Source of the DNA: a virus
Taxonomy: Duplodnaviria; Caudoviricetes
Direction: 5' to 3' (one strand)
Virus record (IMG/VR): IMGVR_UViG_3300020181_000014
Coordinates: 1-59,809 of that record
Length of the DNA stretch: 59,809 nucleotides
Under the pieces are notes generated by a model. It made no database searches. It was not told the DNA's origin and saw nothing but the letters and a program-made list of their open reading frames with translations. How positions within the stretch are numbered: the stretch's first letter is position 1; the number at the start of each line of letters is the position of its first letter. Shown in pieces: positions 45,919 to 56,177 of the stretch. The translations under genes and the position numbers were made by a program.

Positions 45919-47401
45919 TCACCCGCCTCCTTTAGGGCGCGGCGGTCGGGAGCGGTTCCGGTGGCATAAGCCTTGACCACACGGGCGATTTTGTCAGCTT
46001 CCTGCTCGGTCAGGTCATAAGGAATGCCGTAGATCTGGACGAATTCTCCCGGTCGGATTTCAACCGGGATTATCTCCGCTTCGAATGCGTATTTGCGCCC
46101 GCTCACTCCGTCCCTCCTTCGGATAGGGAGCGCAGCTCAGCACCAACCGATTCGATCCAGTGGCTACCGGGCAGGCCGTAAGATCGGCTGAGTTGGTCGG
46201 CCATCCCTTGAGCCTGCCGCTTTGTCGCCCATCCCAGCGTGCGGAAATCGTTACGCCCGCGCACCCGCACTCCGCAGTGCTTGAAATCCCAAACAACTGC
46301 GTATTTGTTGATACCGAGAGTGTCGCGAATCCAGTCCGTGAGTCTGTTCACCGCCACCCTCCATCTGACAGTGCGCGCAGACCGGCTTCAGTGATGACGA
46401 AGGTAGCGTTGCCAGACGTTTCGGGTGAAGAAATGCTTTCCGCCCACCCGGCGCGAATTAGCATGGGCATAATGTTGGGGCGCCCCTGCATGGCCTCATC
46501 TATGGTCTTTGGCCCAGAAGCCAGCCGCTCCAGGACTTCGCGGCGATAGCGGCTCAATGATATACTGCTGTCGCTCATCTCTCCCCTCCCTCTCCTGATA
46601 CGGGAGGCGTGTTCGGGAGGGAGCGGCCTTGAAGCACGGCTATTTCTCTGCGGATCTTCGCCGCAACCGGCCCTTTGTAGTGCTCTATTGCATGATCGCA
46701 GATGGAGATGCAGCGTTCCACAGTGGCGGGGTCGAACTCGCCGGGAGCGAGGATGCGATAGCCGGCAGTTTCAAGCGCCCTGAGCAGAAAATCTGCGCGG
46801 TGGTAGTGCGGGTTGGCTACGCTACCAAGCCTTTCTGCAATTGCGTCCCGCGCCGTCATATCGCCTCTCCCTCGGGGTTAGGTGCGCTTTGGGAGAGGGC
46901 CTTGAGGGTGGCGCGACCTCCTTCGCACCAGACGCCAGCATTGAAGGCGACCGACATGGAGTTGGCAGCGCGCTCGGCGTTGATCCTGCGCCAATACCTG
47001 ACGGAACATGCCTGCCACTCGGTTGCCCCGCTGCTCGGATCAGCGGCGCCGTCTTGATAGGCAAACCAGACCTGCCACCGCCAGCCAATGCGTTTGGGGT
47101 AGTAGTTGTTGCCCGAGAGGTATCCAGAGAACCGTTTCATCCCTCAGCCCTCCTCGGTCGGTGCTGGGGAGGCGGGGGACAAGGACGCGTTCACTGCCTT
47201 GGTGACGGCGGAAGTGCAATTCTCACACAGAAGGCGCGATACTGACGCATCAGCCACGGCACAACCCTGGTAGTCGTAGGCGTCTCGGCTGATAGTGAGT
47301 GTTGACCAGAACTTCGGACGCGATGAACTCGCGCTTGTCTCGGTCTTTTTGCATCCGTCGCAAATGTGCTCGAACGCTTCGGGTATCTTTCGCGTTGCCA
47401 T
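45915..47401 (-). other. Cluster of six small coupled early hypothetical genes (45915-46106, 46103-46357, 46348-46578, 46575-46859, 46856-47140, 47144-47401)
   Basis: Overlapping start/stop junctions with GGAG SDs. Confidence 0.65.
47147..47176. repeat. 30-bp direct repeat, copy 1
   Basis: GCCCTCCTCGGTCGGTGCTGGGGAGGCGGG identical to 47581-47610. Confidence 0.9.
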
Positions 47402-47403
47402 GG

Positions 47404-48627
47404 CTAGCGCCTCACGTCTGAAGGATGAACTGACATGGCGAGAACAGCGTAGCCGTCTTCGCGCTTCAGCCATGTCCCGGCCCGCACCGATTTGCCGTCC
47501 GGCGTCTCGACTTCGATGAACCGGAGATTGGCAGGGCCACCTTCGTCCTTGAAGACGATATGCAACTCGATTGGTTGCCGGCCCTCCTCGGTCGGTGCTG
47601 GGGAGGCGGGAAGAGCGGCGATAGCCTCGGCCTCAAGCTCGCGAAGTATCGCCTTGGCGGCAACAGCGCCTTCGTCGCCTCCAACGCGGAACATCATCGC
47701 GCGCCGAATATCTTCCGATACGTTTGCGACGGGCTCGCTGGCGTATCCTGGCTTGCTGATGCCGTGCTTCGCGTCGAATAGGCGAGCCTGTAGGCTCTCA
47801 ACCTCAATACAGAAATCAATGGCAGGGTCGGGATGGTGCCCGAACTTGCCAAGCTTGGCCTTCGACGCTTCGTCGTCGGAAAGAAGCCCCTTCGCGATCA
47901 CGCGCCCCTGCGGCTCTGCCCGTGGGGAGGCGGCGAGGGCGGAAACTATCCGGCGCTCGTAGTCGGCTTGCGCGGCGGCTTTGGCTGCTTCTAGTGTCCG
48001 TTCGGACCGCATATCGCTGTAAAGCCAATCATCAGCCTTCCAGCTATACACCGTGGATGATTTTAGCGCCTCTTCGAGGGAAGGCGGCAGTGGTCGCTCC
48101 TCAAGGATCATGTACCCTTCTGATACCCAGCGGCCGGGCTTATCCTCACACCACTCCAGCGCCTTGACCAGCCCCGCGCCCTCCTGCGGCGCGCGAACCA
48201 TCCCCGATGTCAGGTTATCGATCTGCGTCAGGACGCCGAAGAGGTCCGGGAACGGCTTCCACTCCGGTACACGGTCGGGGTAGTGTTTTTCGGCGATGGC
48301 CTCTAGGAGCCGGGTTGCATATCCAAGTGCGCGGTCTCCCTCCTGCGGCTCCTGCGGCGCGGGGTGGGCGAAAAGCGGTTCCACGGTATAGCCAGCCTCG
48401 CGATAATATTCGGCCTCAGGTTCCGACGAGGTTGTCCTCCACCAGCCGCCATCTTCTCGCTCCCACATGCGCCACGCCACCGGCTCCTGGCCTCTGTCTG
48501 GGGAACTAAGGGCGGCGAGGAGGGCAGAACGCAGAGAAGATTTCACGCTGCACTGTTTAAGGCGGGCCTTTGTCCATTCGTTGAAAGCCAGATCCACCAT
48601 CTCGTCACTGATGCGAATGTCAGCCAT
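47404..48627 (-). CDS. Mosaic Ead/Ea22-like early protein
   Basis: QEPVAW, VEPLFAHP, VKALEW, AKAAAQADYERRI.SAL modules. Confidence 0.75.
   Translation of the reverse strand: MADIRISDEMVDLAFNEWTKARLKQCSVKSSLRSALLAALSSPDRGQEPVAWRMWEREDGGWWRTTSSEPEAEYYREAGYTVEPLFAHPAPQEPQEGDRALGYATRLLEAIAEKHYPDRVPEWKPFPDLFGVLTQIDNLTSGMVRAPQEGAGLVKALEWCEDKPGRWVSEGYMILEERPLPPSLEEALKSSTVYSWKADDWLYSDMRSERTLEAAKAAAQADYERRIVSALAASPRAEPQGRVIAKGLLSDDEASKAKLGKFGHHPDPAIDFCIEVESLQARLFDAKHGISKPGYASEPVANVSEDIRRAMMFRVGGDEGAVAAKAILRELEAEAIAALPASPAPTEEGRQPIELHIVFKDEGGPANLRFIEVETPDGKSVRAGTWLKREDGYAVLAMSVHPSDVRR
47581..47610. repeat. 30-bp direct repeat, copy 2
   Basis: Encodes PASPAPTEEG, as does copy 1. Confidence 0.9.
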
Positions 48628-48997
48628 TCTCGGCTTCCTTCTTGAGAGCGCGGGCGGGATCGTCCCACGCCAGTTGCGCACACTTGAGCGAGCGGATTGA
48701 GCCGGCGTCCGCGTAGCCACGCTGGTCGATGTTGTAGGCGACATTCGCTAGCTGGCACCCTGCGTCCAGAAGCGACTTCGCGCGGCTCTCTGCGGCCTCG
48801 GCGCGGGCCTTGAGCGAGCGGATGGCGGAGGCTGCTTCGCGGATGTGGCTGCCCTCGGCAGAGTACCCATGTACGGGGACATGCGGATCGCAACACCATT
48901 TCGCGTGCTGGCTCTTGTCGGTCCGGGTCGCAAGATTCTCCAGCCTCTCCACCAGCGCGTCCAGGTCCGGTGTGGCTGTCTCGGGGTTAGCGGTCAT
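48620..48997 (-). CDS. Ead/Ea22-like hypothetical protein
   Basis: DALVERL...EAASAIRSL. Confidence 0.65.
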   Translation of the reverse strand: MTANPETATPDLDALVERLENLATRTDKSQHAKWCCDPHVPVHGYSAEGSHIREAASAIRSLKARAEAAESRAKSLLDAGCQLANVAYNIDQRGYADAGSIRSLKCAQLAWDDPARALKKEAENG

Positions 48998-49653
48998 GCC
49001 GCCTCCTTGTCGATCTGGTCGATGTTCTGAGGGATGACGCGGAAAGAGACGGCGACAACCCAGGGGTTCGCGTCCCAGCCGAAGCCGCGCGTGGCGTTGA
49101 GGCTGTTCCAAAGATCGTGGAACCGGCACTGTTCAATGCTCTTGAACCCACGCTCCAACCAATCGCCTTTTGTCGTGAGGAAGTCATGCGAGAACATGCC
49201 CTCCGCCGCCAGATCGCTAGAACTGATCTCCTGCAGCCGCTGCACGCGGACATCGGTCACGATCAGGGTAAGGCGCGACGCCCAGCGGGGCATGTGAATG
49301 CCTGGACGGATGCGCGACTGGAACGGGTCGTGCCTAGGGTAGGAGGCAGCCGGCTGATAGAAGATGCGGGCATCGCGCGGCAGTTCAGCGGGACGAATGT
49401 GCGAAAGGTCGCTGAATGTGCCCCACTGCTCGCGCACCCATAGGCGGTCTCCGGGGGCATAGGGTGCATAGTCGAGCGCGGCGCTAGGAACATCCTCTTC
49501 GCGCACGCCCAGCACGCCGCCGTGGGCATTGAAGACATGGAATTCCTCGCCGAAAGCCTCAATGCCCTTGAAGATGCGCCGCGTCTGCGTCTTCCTGCCG
49601 TCGAGCAGCGCGCGCACCATGGGCGCAGAGAAGAGTATCGGCCTATCGGTCAT
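48994..49653 (-). CDS. Conserved phage protein (ASCH/PUA-like)
   Basis: RPILFSAPMVRALLDGRKTQTRR, GDRLWVRE, HMPRWASR, NPWV. Confidence 0.85.
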   Translation of the reverse strand: MTDRPILFSAPMVRALLDGRKTQTRRIFKGIEAFGEEFHVFNAHGGVLGVREEDVPSAALDYAPYAPGDRLWVREQWGTFSDLSHIRPAELPRDARIFYQPAASYPRHDPFQSRIRPGIHMPRWASRLTLIVTDVRVQRLQEISSSDLAAEGMFSHDFLTTKGDWLERGFKSIEQCRFHDLWNSLNATRGFGWDANPWVVAVSFRVIPQNIDQIDKEAA

Positions 49654-50066
49654 GGCGATTCCTCGATGTAGAGAGAGCGACGGGGAAGGGGCTGCTTGTC
49701 CGAAGCCTTGGCCTTGCGGGCTTCTGCCTTCGGGGTGGTCTGGAAGCCTCGGCCTTGCATCTTCGGAGCGTCTACAATGCCGCGGTGCTTCTGCCGGATG
49801 GCGGCTATCTTTGCCTTCTCCGCTACGTCACGAGCCGTCTTTTCAGTATGGCACTTCCGATGGACGGGCTTCAGGTTCTGCTCGGAATTCTCACCGCCGT
49901 TTATGAGAGCTATGACGTGGTCCAGGTCCCACTTCTGCCCGCTCTGGATATCCTGCTCACAGAGATGGCAGCGGTGCTGCTCGCGCTCGAATATCCTGTC
50001 GCGAACCTTCTTGGGTGCGCGGTGGTTATCGTCGCGGCCGATCCACGGTTTGACGGAGCGGGGCAT
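49650..50066 (-). CDS. HNH endonuclease
   Basis: CHLC...DHVIAL..GG.N...NL..VH..CH..KT. Confidence 0.88.
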   Translation of the reverse strand: MPRSVKPWIGRDDNHRAPKKVRDRIFEREQHRCHLCEQDIQSGQKWDLDHVIALINGGENSEQNLKPVHRKCHTEKTARDVAEKAKIAAIRQKHRGIVDAPKMQGRGFQTTPKAEARKAKASDKQPLPRRSLYIEESP

Positions 50067-50317
50067 TACCCTTCCCCCTCGAAGAGATCGCCCGATGCCG
50101 GCGCTTCGATGAACAAAAGGCACTGCTCATTCGACAGTCTGTCGGGCGAGCGCGGGATCAGCATATGGAGGATGCTGTCGGCGTTGTTGCACTCCTGATA
50201 ATTGTACATCAGGTGGGCGCCCCAGACGGGGCACGATTGATCCTTGTCGTGGATGCAGCGAGAACAGAAATCCTCGTAGTAGAGTTCGCCTTCGGAGCCG
50301 TTGGAGAAGTAGCCCAT
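50066..50317 (-). CDS. Cys-rich hypothetical protein
   Basis: MGYFSNGSEG....FCSRC. Confidence 0.7.
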   Translation of the reverse strand: MGYFSNGSEGELYYEDFCSRCIHDKDQSCPVWGAHLMYNYQECNNADSILHMLIPRSPDRLSNEQCLLFIEAPASGDLFEGEG

Positions 50318-50318
50318 T

Positions 50319-50531
50319 TTAGCCCCCCAGCCGCTCTACTTCGGCCATCAACACAGGCTCTAGTGTCCTGCAGAGCTCTGCCGTAAGAGCGCTGTCCTTC
50401 GTCTCCTGGATGAGCTGGCGCTTCTTGATCTCTCGGAGCATGTCCCGATAGCCTGCGAGCTTCCTGCTCTGAGGCGGGAGGGCTTTCATCTTCTCAAGGA
50501 TGAAATCGGGGGAGAGGGCGAGGACGCTCAT
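50319..50531 (-). CDS. Hypothetical protein
   Basis: ATGA-coupled. Confidence 0.6.
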   Translation of the reverse strand: MSVLALSPDFILEKMKALPPQSRKLAGYRDMLREIKKRQLIQETKDSALTAELCRTLEPVLMAEVERLGG

Positions 50532-50974
50532 GCTGCCCTCCGCAGTTCGTCCGGAATGGTCAGTTCGATCCCGCGCTCCGCGAAGTGCTTCTGAACCTCA
50601 TCCAGATATCGGGTCTTCTGCTTTGTGGTCATGAGCCGCGTTATTGGCATGTCCAACGGCTCCATCATGATCGCGATCTTCTGCTCGTAGGGGAGAGGTT
50701 TCACCACGGCGTCATAGCGCTCGCGAAAGGCTTCGTTTTCCTCGCGAAGGATCGGGACGCCGATGGTCAGCTTGCAGTAACCGCGGATCTCCTCCGGGCG
50801 CGTGTCGCCAAGCTGCTCGGAGATCTCCTGCATCCATTTTCGCTGGAGTTTGTTCTGAGCGTAGGTCCGATGCTTGCCGGCGGTCAGCGTTACCGTGAAG
50901 GGCAGCTTCTGCCCCTCGATGAACCGGATCAGCATCTTCCGGTCGTATTCGCTTTCAACAATGCGGTCGGCCAT
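50528..50974 (-). CDS. NinB/Orf-like recombination protein
   Basis: RT..QN.L...W..EI..Q...T..MT.KQ...YL..V. Confidence 0.7.
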   Translation of the reverse strand: MADRIVESEYDRKMLIRFIEGQKLPFTVTLTAGKHRTYAQNKLQRKWMQEISEQLGDTRPEEIRGYCKLTIGVPILREENEAFRERYDAVVKPLPYEQKIAIMMEPLDMPITRLMTTKQKTRYLDEVQKHFAERGIELTIPDELRRAA

Positions 50975-50984
50975 CTCAATAATC

Positions 50985-51224
50985 CTAAAGAATCTTGCGG
51001 GCCCAATCAGGCACCCACCGCGGGCCGGTGGTGGCTTCCTCAACTGCCCTTTGGGTGCATCCCTCCACAGCCACGCCAGCGTTCTCCATGCACAAGAGGG
51101 TAGCCAAGGCTTCCGTGCGAAGAAGCTTCACTTCCACACGATCTGTGCCCTTCTTGATGGAGCTCCGCAGGCCACCCAGAATCATGCTGTAGGCGACATG
51201 AAGTTCGCGGCTCATCAGCGCCAC
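50985..51224 (-). CDS. Hypothetical protein
   Basis: Overlaps ssb stop; GGAG SD. Confidence 0.5.
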   Translation of the reverse strand: MALMSRELHVAYSMILGGLRSSIKKGTDRVEVKLLRTEALATLLCMENAGVAVEGCTQRAVEEATTGPRWVPDWARKIL

Positions 51225-51676
51225 TCCATGAGGAACGGGATCTCGTCGTCGAGCTCGACGCGCTGGCCTTCAGCCGCATATCCGCTCTGGCGCTCGCCAT
51301 AGCCGGCGGCATCGCCTTCGCTGCGGGGTGCGTCGAGCATCTGCAGTTCGCCTCGGAACTTCTGGAGCACCACTTCCGTGATGTATCGGTCCTGGCCCTT
51401 CTGGTCCTTCCACTTGCGGGTTTGCAGCGAGCCCTCAACGAAGACCTTCATACCCTTCTTGAGGTACTGTTCGGCCACCTTCGCGATGTGCTCGTTGAAG
51501 ATGACAACGTTGTGCCACTGGACACTTTCCTTGCGCTCGCCGGAGTTCTTGTCGCGCCAGGATTCCGATGTGGCGATGCGAAGGTTGACGACCGGCTCGC
51601 CACTGTTCAGGCGGCGGATTTCTGGGTCGGCGCCCAAGTTGCCGATAAGGATTACGCGGTTGACGGAACCGGCCAA
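51215..51676 (-). CDS. ssb: Single-stranded DNA-binding protein
   Basis: SVNRVILIGNLGADPE...ATSESWRDK..GERKE...EGSLQTRKW...DDEIPF. Confidence 0.95.
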   Translation of the reverse strand: MAGSVNRVILIGNLGADPEIRRLNSGEPVVNLRIATSESWRDKNSGERKESVQWHNVVIFNEHIAKVAEQYLKKGMKVFVEGSLQTRKWKDQKGQDRYITEVVLQKFRGELQMLDAPRSEGDAAGYGERQSGYAAEGQRVELDDEIPFLMEWR

Positions 51677-51677
51677 G

Positions 51678-52544
51678 TTAGCCTCCTGAGAGAATGGTTT
51701 GATTGGGAGAGAAGCCGGCGGATTGAGCCTGCCCGTTTCGGGTGATTGCTACCGAGCGGGTGAGGGCTTCCTTGACCGGCACGCTTGCCAGTTCGGCGGC
51801 TTCCATCTCATTCAGGATGGCGTTGTGCCTGCCCTCGATGCGATCCCGTGCAGCTTCCTTGAAAGCCTTGTTCCAGCCGTCCTGCTTGGCCTTCTCGCGC
51901 CAGGCTTCCTTGAACTTCTCCAGCATCACGAGGGTCTTGCATTCATCGAGCTCGCGGTCGAACTCGGTCCATGCATCCTCACGCTTGAGCTGCGCCGATG
52001 ACTTGGCCGGCCCTTCGGTGGGTTCGCGTCCCCAGATTTCATGGGGTGAAGACGATGGCTGATCTTGCGGCCGATGCTCTAGGGTTTCGGAGAACTCCTC
52101 CCGCATGGTGTTGACGTATTTGTTGTCGTCAAACAGCCCCATGTGGACATCAGCGCCGACGCCAATGAGCTTCAGAGCATTCGTAACGGCGTCGGTGAAG
52201 GCTTTTTTGAAGGCTTCATCATCGCTGCGCAGGCCACTGGAAAACTTGCTGACAACCTTGTCGCCGCCCACGCCGTAGATGGTCTTGGAGGTCTCGTCTC
52301 CTTGCCTGAACCAGACCGAAGCGGTACAGTAGACGAGGATTTCATCATTGGCAGGGACCACCTGAAATTGCGGCTCGCCCACGCCCCAGCCAATGCCGCA
52401 GGGACCGAATTCCTCGGTCATGCGCTTGTAGGACCATATCGGCTTGATGGCGGTTCCCTTGAAGCCGCCGCCGCGTGTGAAGGCCTTGGTGTGCGCCGGA
52501 TCGGTGCGCCCAAGGATGTCCCAGATCTTCGAATTCTCGCTCAC
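51678..52544 (-). CDS. Rad52/Sak-like single-strand annealing protein
   Basis: MTEEFGPCGIGWG, DDEAFKKAFTDA...L..IGV.ADV; next to ssb. Confidence 0.7.
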   Translation of the reverse strand: MSENSKIWDILGRTDPAHTKAFTRGGGFKGTAIKPIWSYKRMTEEFGPCGIGWGVGEPQFQVVPANDEILVYCTASVWFRQGDETSKTIYGVGGDKVVSKFSSGLRSDDEAFKKAFTDAVTNALKLIGVGADVHMGLFDDNKYVNTMREEFSETLEHRPQDQPSSSPHEIWGREPTEGPAKSSAQLKREDAWTEFDRELDECKTLVMLEKFKEAWREKAKQDGWNKAFKEAARDRIEGRHNAILNEMEAAELASVPVKEALTRSVAITRNGQAQSAGFSPNQTILSGG

Positions 52545-54216
52545 TGATGAGCCCTCCGGTACCAGTATTTGAATTCTCTCCAGTCGCGCCGGGCCTTGCG
52601 CATCCATTCATGGAATGAGCCTGGGTATCCCCAGCGGCGCATGACGTGGGCAAAGCGACGGGCTTCCCGGGCTGCTTCGAACTTGAAGCGCGCCATACCC
52701 GATGCGTGGCTGATCTCAGGACTGCGGGCTGGCATCTGAGCCTCCCGGCTGATAGGGTATGGTCGTGAACTGACCGCGCTCGTTTCGCGCCCGAACCACA
52801 GTGTTGCCCCGGCATTCGTGGCACAGGGTCGGCTCACCGCTGTAAGCGCAAAGCTCTAGTCCAGAGCCGCCGCAACTATCGCAGGGCATCATCGGGTTTC
52901 TGGCCTTGAGAGCGTCCATCACAGCGCCCCCAGATATGCAGAGGCGACAACCACAAAGATCGTGATGGCGCAGAGGCTGAGATAGTCTTGAATGTAACCA
53001 GACATCATGCGACCTCCTTCAGAATGCCAAGGCGCAATTGCTCGTATGCAAAAGCTGCGGAGAGCTGCCATTGAGCCAGTTCGATTTCGTTTGCATTGAG
53101 CAGAGCGAGAGCACAGCGCCGGCACTTCTCGGCTTCCTTGCGCAATTCGTAGTCGTTCAGGTGTTCCTGGATGGAGACGCGCATGTTAGCCTCCTGACTT
53201 GAGAGCGGAGCGGTAGGCCTGCCATTTCAGCAAGTGCCCCCTTACGTCGTAGCCCATGGACTCGTACATATCGGCTAGGTCGGGGTCCCAATGGATCACC
53301 GCGCGCACGCCATGATGAATGCCAAATTGCTTGCCGCAGTCTGGACACCCGATATGCTGCGCACTGCCAAAGGACTGGATGACATCAAGGCGCTTGTGCC
53401 ACCCGATTAAGCAGCGAAACCGCTTCAGAAGCCTACGCATGGTCACTCTCCTGACTGGGTGAGAGCGGCGAGAGCGGCGCGAACTGCGGCTATGGGATGA
53501 TTTGCGGGCAGAAGGTCATCGAAGCAGTCGTAACGGTGCCTGACTTTCTCCAGCGCCTCAACCGCATCCTGCACCAGATCGGCGCGGATGTACTCGGTTC
53601 CAAGCCTTATTCCCGTGAACCATTTATTATCGTAGCGCTCAAAGCGGTCGGCCCAAATCCGCTCCGGCATTGCGCTCTTCGTCTCACTCATGACCCTGCT
53701 CCTTGAGAGCGGAGCGGGGAGAGGCGTTTGCGAGCGGCAGATCGTCGAACGACGGCCCGGTATCCGTTCCAGTGAAGCAGTCCTCGCAGATGTAATCCTG
53801 CTCGATGTAGCCGCCGCCGTCATGGTACTGGCGAAGGCCCTCCGTCTGGTCGCAGTAGGCGCAGACTGGCGTGTCGCAATGGATCTCGCAGGAGCAGTGC
53901 GGGAACGTGCAGCGCTTGATGATCGACATCGCTCTATTCCTCTGCGGGAGTGGTGCGGGGAGAGGCTTTGGAGAGGGCGGCGCGGGCTTCGCGCTCGGCT
54001 TCCGCAGTCTCTGGATCGCTCCACTCAGGATCGTTGTGGTCTTCGTCAGCAATCGCAGGACACGCGAGCAGCTTCTTCAGCGCCTCGTACATGTCGGCTG
54101 CGCGCTTCTCCAGCGCCTCGTAATCGGCATATCGAACGAGCGAGCCGTTCTCATCGCAGTCCAGACGCATCATCGGAAAATTGACGGAGAAGCGCTGCGG
54201 CGTATGCGCTGTCTTA

Positions 54217-54251
54217 CTCACGATTCTTCCCCTCGCATTGGCTGGGCGGTG
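54217..54251. repeat. 35-bp direct repeat, copy 1
   Basis: Matches 54573-54607 with one mismatch; spans gene end, SD and GTGA junction. Confidence 0.9.
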
Positions 54252-54572
54252 GCGGAGTTCGCGTCCGCAGAAAGCGCAGCGTCAAACTCTGGCCCCTCGA
54301 AAATCAGGACTGTTGCGCCGCCGTGAGCGAATGCTCGGCTTGCTGCAATTGAGCGAATGTGTGGGAAGGCGGATGGGTTGAATTCAAACCAGCCTTCATC
54401 CGCCTTCAGGTCCAGAATGACCTGCATTTCCATGGCGCGAAGGATGATGTCGACCGGCGACGGGGATTTCTCATCGTCTTCATCGATGATGAAGCTCGGG
54501 AAGATGAAGCGATTTCCGGCCACGTCTCGGAACGCCTTGGTCTTCACTACCTTTCCGGTAAACGTTGCATTG

Positions 54573-54607
54573 CTCACGGTTCTTCCCCTCGCATTGGCTG
54601 GGCGGTG
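54573..54607. repeat. 35-bp direct repeat, copy 2
   Basis: Encodes TAQPMRGEE as in copy 1. Confidence 0.9.
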
Positions 54608-55126
54608 ACGGGGCGATAAGCAATGACCGAATTCAGGTCTCGTCCGCTCCTGCGCCAGTTGCTGGGCTCTCCTGCCAAGCCAAGATTGCCCGCAGGCGTC
54701 GGTGGCATGTGGCTGTCGTCCGTTCCGTCCTGAAACCGCACATGCACGAGCTTTTCGGGATCGCCGTCCCAGTCTCCGCCATGCCAGGAAATCCAGCCGT
54801 CGTTGCTCATCACGCCGCTTCCCGAGCTTCATCTTCCAGAAGCTCATCGAAGATCGATTGATCATCCTCGGCCATCTCCTGGATGATCAGTGCCAGGCGC
54901 AGGAAGAAATCCGCGTGCTTCGGGTCCGGATGGCGATAGAGGTCCACGCCGTGAAGCGTCATGCCGGCGACGGTGAAGGTCTTGCCTGCAAGCGTGGGCA
55001 CCAGGTGAACATCCAGCTCGATCTCAAGGTCGTAGAGCGGTTCGATCTGGTAGCAGCGGGTGAGCTTCATGGTCGGTCCCTCGGTCAGTTTCGGCGGATC
55101 GGGCTTGGCCTTCTTCGCGCCGTCTG

Positions 55127-55199
55127 GTTTCCATAATAGAAACAGATGCCGGGGTGCATGTCAACAGCCCAAACGCATTTTGTTGCATAAAATAGAAAC
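55127..55199 (-). promoter_or_regulatory. PL region with putative repressor operators
   Basis: GTTTCC-N5-AGAAAC (55127-43), TTGACA on minus strand (55159-64), GTTGCA-N6-AGAAAC (55182-99). Confidence 0.65.
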
Positions 55200-55204
55200 C
55201 AACC

Positions 55205-55233
55205 TTGCCGGGCAGCGAATCGCAGGTTATAGA
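55205..55233 (+). promoter_or_regulatory. Promoter for structured RNA / HNH unit
   Basis: TTGCCG-17-TATAGA. Confidence 0.65.
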
Positions 55234-55238
55234 TCATG

Positions 55239-55496
55239 GCAACTCAGCTCAGACTGAGAAGCGGCGACCCCGGTGCAATTCCGGGTGCTGGTCAAGCCGC
55301 AGGCGCGGGGTCGTAAGCCCGAAGGTGCTGCCAGAAACTATAGGGATGGGTCGGACCGAAAGGCGGCCCGCCAGCTCTACGCACCGGCTCTATTCGCAGT
55401 GCAGAGCGGCACAGACCTCCTGGCTTCATGGATTCATTCCATGGGGTTAGGGGGTCTATGCCAGATACCCCCGGATATTCGAGTGCAGGGGGGGTA
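55239..55496 (+). ncRNA. Putative large structured ncRNA
   Basis: T-loop-like GG-UGCAAUU-CC, GAAA tetraloop, 25-bp stem 55408-62 with five G-U pairs that form only on the + strand. Confidence 0.65.
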
Positions 55497-55565
55497 CAAA
55501 GGTGGCAAAGAAGAAATACAGCTTAGACACTAACTTATGGTCTAAGGAGTTTCGGACGCTTTCCG

Positions 55566-56177
55566 GTGGTATTGAAGCCTATATGGGCTGCGCCGGCTTT
55601 TCGGGAAGTCTACGGGGTGAAGACTGATCGCATGGCGCCCTTCCATGATCGCGCTCGTGACGCGCACCGGCAGATCGCCGAAATGTCACGGCAGCAGCGA
55701 AAGGAGCGACAGCAAAGCGCCCGTGCTTTCATCGCAGAGCATGGCCTCCGTGCGTTTTCAGAAGCAGCCACAATAAGCGCCAAAAGCATAGAAATGCCGA
55801 CACCGGCAGGCAGCCCTAAGCCAGCGTCCAAGGCCGTAACACCAAAGCCAGGCTCAGACAAACACGCCAAAAACCCGACCCGCAACAAGTTCTATAAATC
55901 ATGGGAATGGCGCACTCTCCGCATGGAGGTGCTAAAGAAGCACGGCCCCGTTTGCATGTGTTGTGGGGCTTCTAAGGGCGACGTATCGATGGCTGGCGAG
56001 CCAGTCAGGATCTGCGTTGACCACATCAAGCCGATCTCGTCGCACTGGCACCTTCGGCTCGAAGCCTCAAATCTCCAGATACTTTGCGACGAGTGCAATC
56101 AAGGGAAGGGCGGCTGGGATCAGACTGATTGGCGTGTCCAAGAGGCTATCGAGGCCCAACTGCGGTACACGACCTAG
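55566..56177 (+). CDS. HNH endonuclease with basic helical N-terminus (start uncertain)
   Basis: FY.S.EW..LR..VL....CMCCG...VDHIKP...NLQILC..CN.GK. Confidence 0.88.
   Translation: MVLKPIWAAPAFREVYGVKTDRMAPFHDRARDAHRQIAEMSRQQRKERQQSARAFIAEHGLRAFSEAATISAKSIEMPTPAGSPKPASKAVTPKPGSDKHAKNPTRNKFYKSWEWRTLRMEVLKKHGPVCMCCGASKGDVSMAGEPVRICVDHIKPISSHWHLRLEASNLQILCDECNQGKGGWDQTDWRVQEAIEAQLRYTT

Larger units (their letters stand above)
52541..55070 (-). other. Cluster of small early-left hypothetical genes (52541-52735, 52716-52922, 52919-53010, 53186-53446, 53443-53691, 53684-53929, 53934-54221, 54218-54577, 54574-54813, 54810-55070)
   Basis: Coupled starts/stops with SDs; several Cys-pair motifs. Confidence 0.65.

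Noticed and set aside
55273-55533. 86-aa ORF over the structured RNA
   Set aside because: No SD and no recognisable motif; G-U-rich stems explain the sequence better
55566-56177. IscB/TnpB/Cas9-like nuclease
   Set aside because: Too short, no RuvC motifs, no transposon ends or CRISPR array seen
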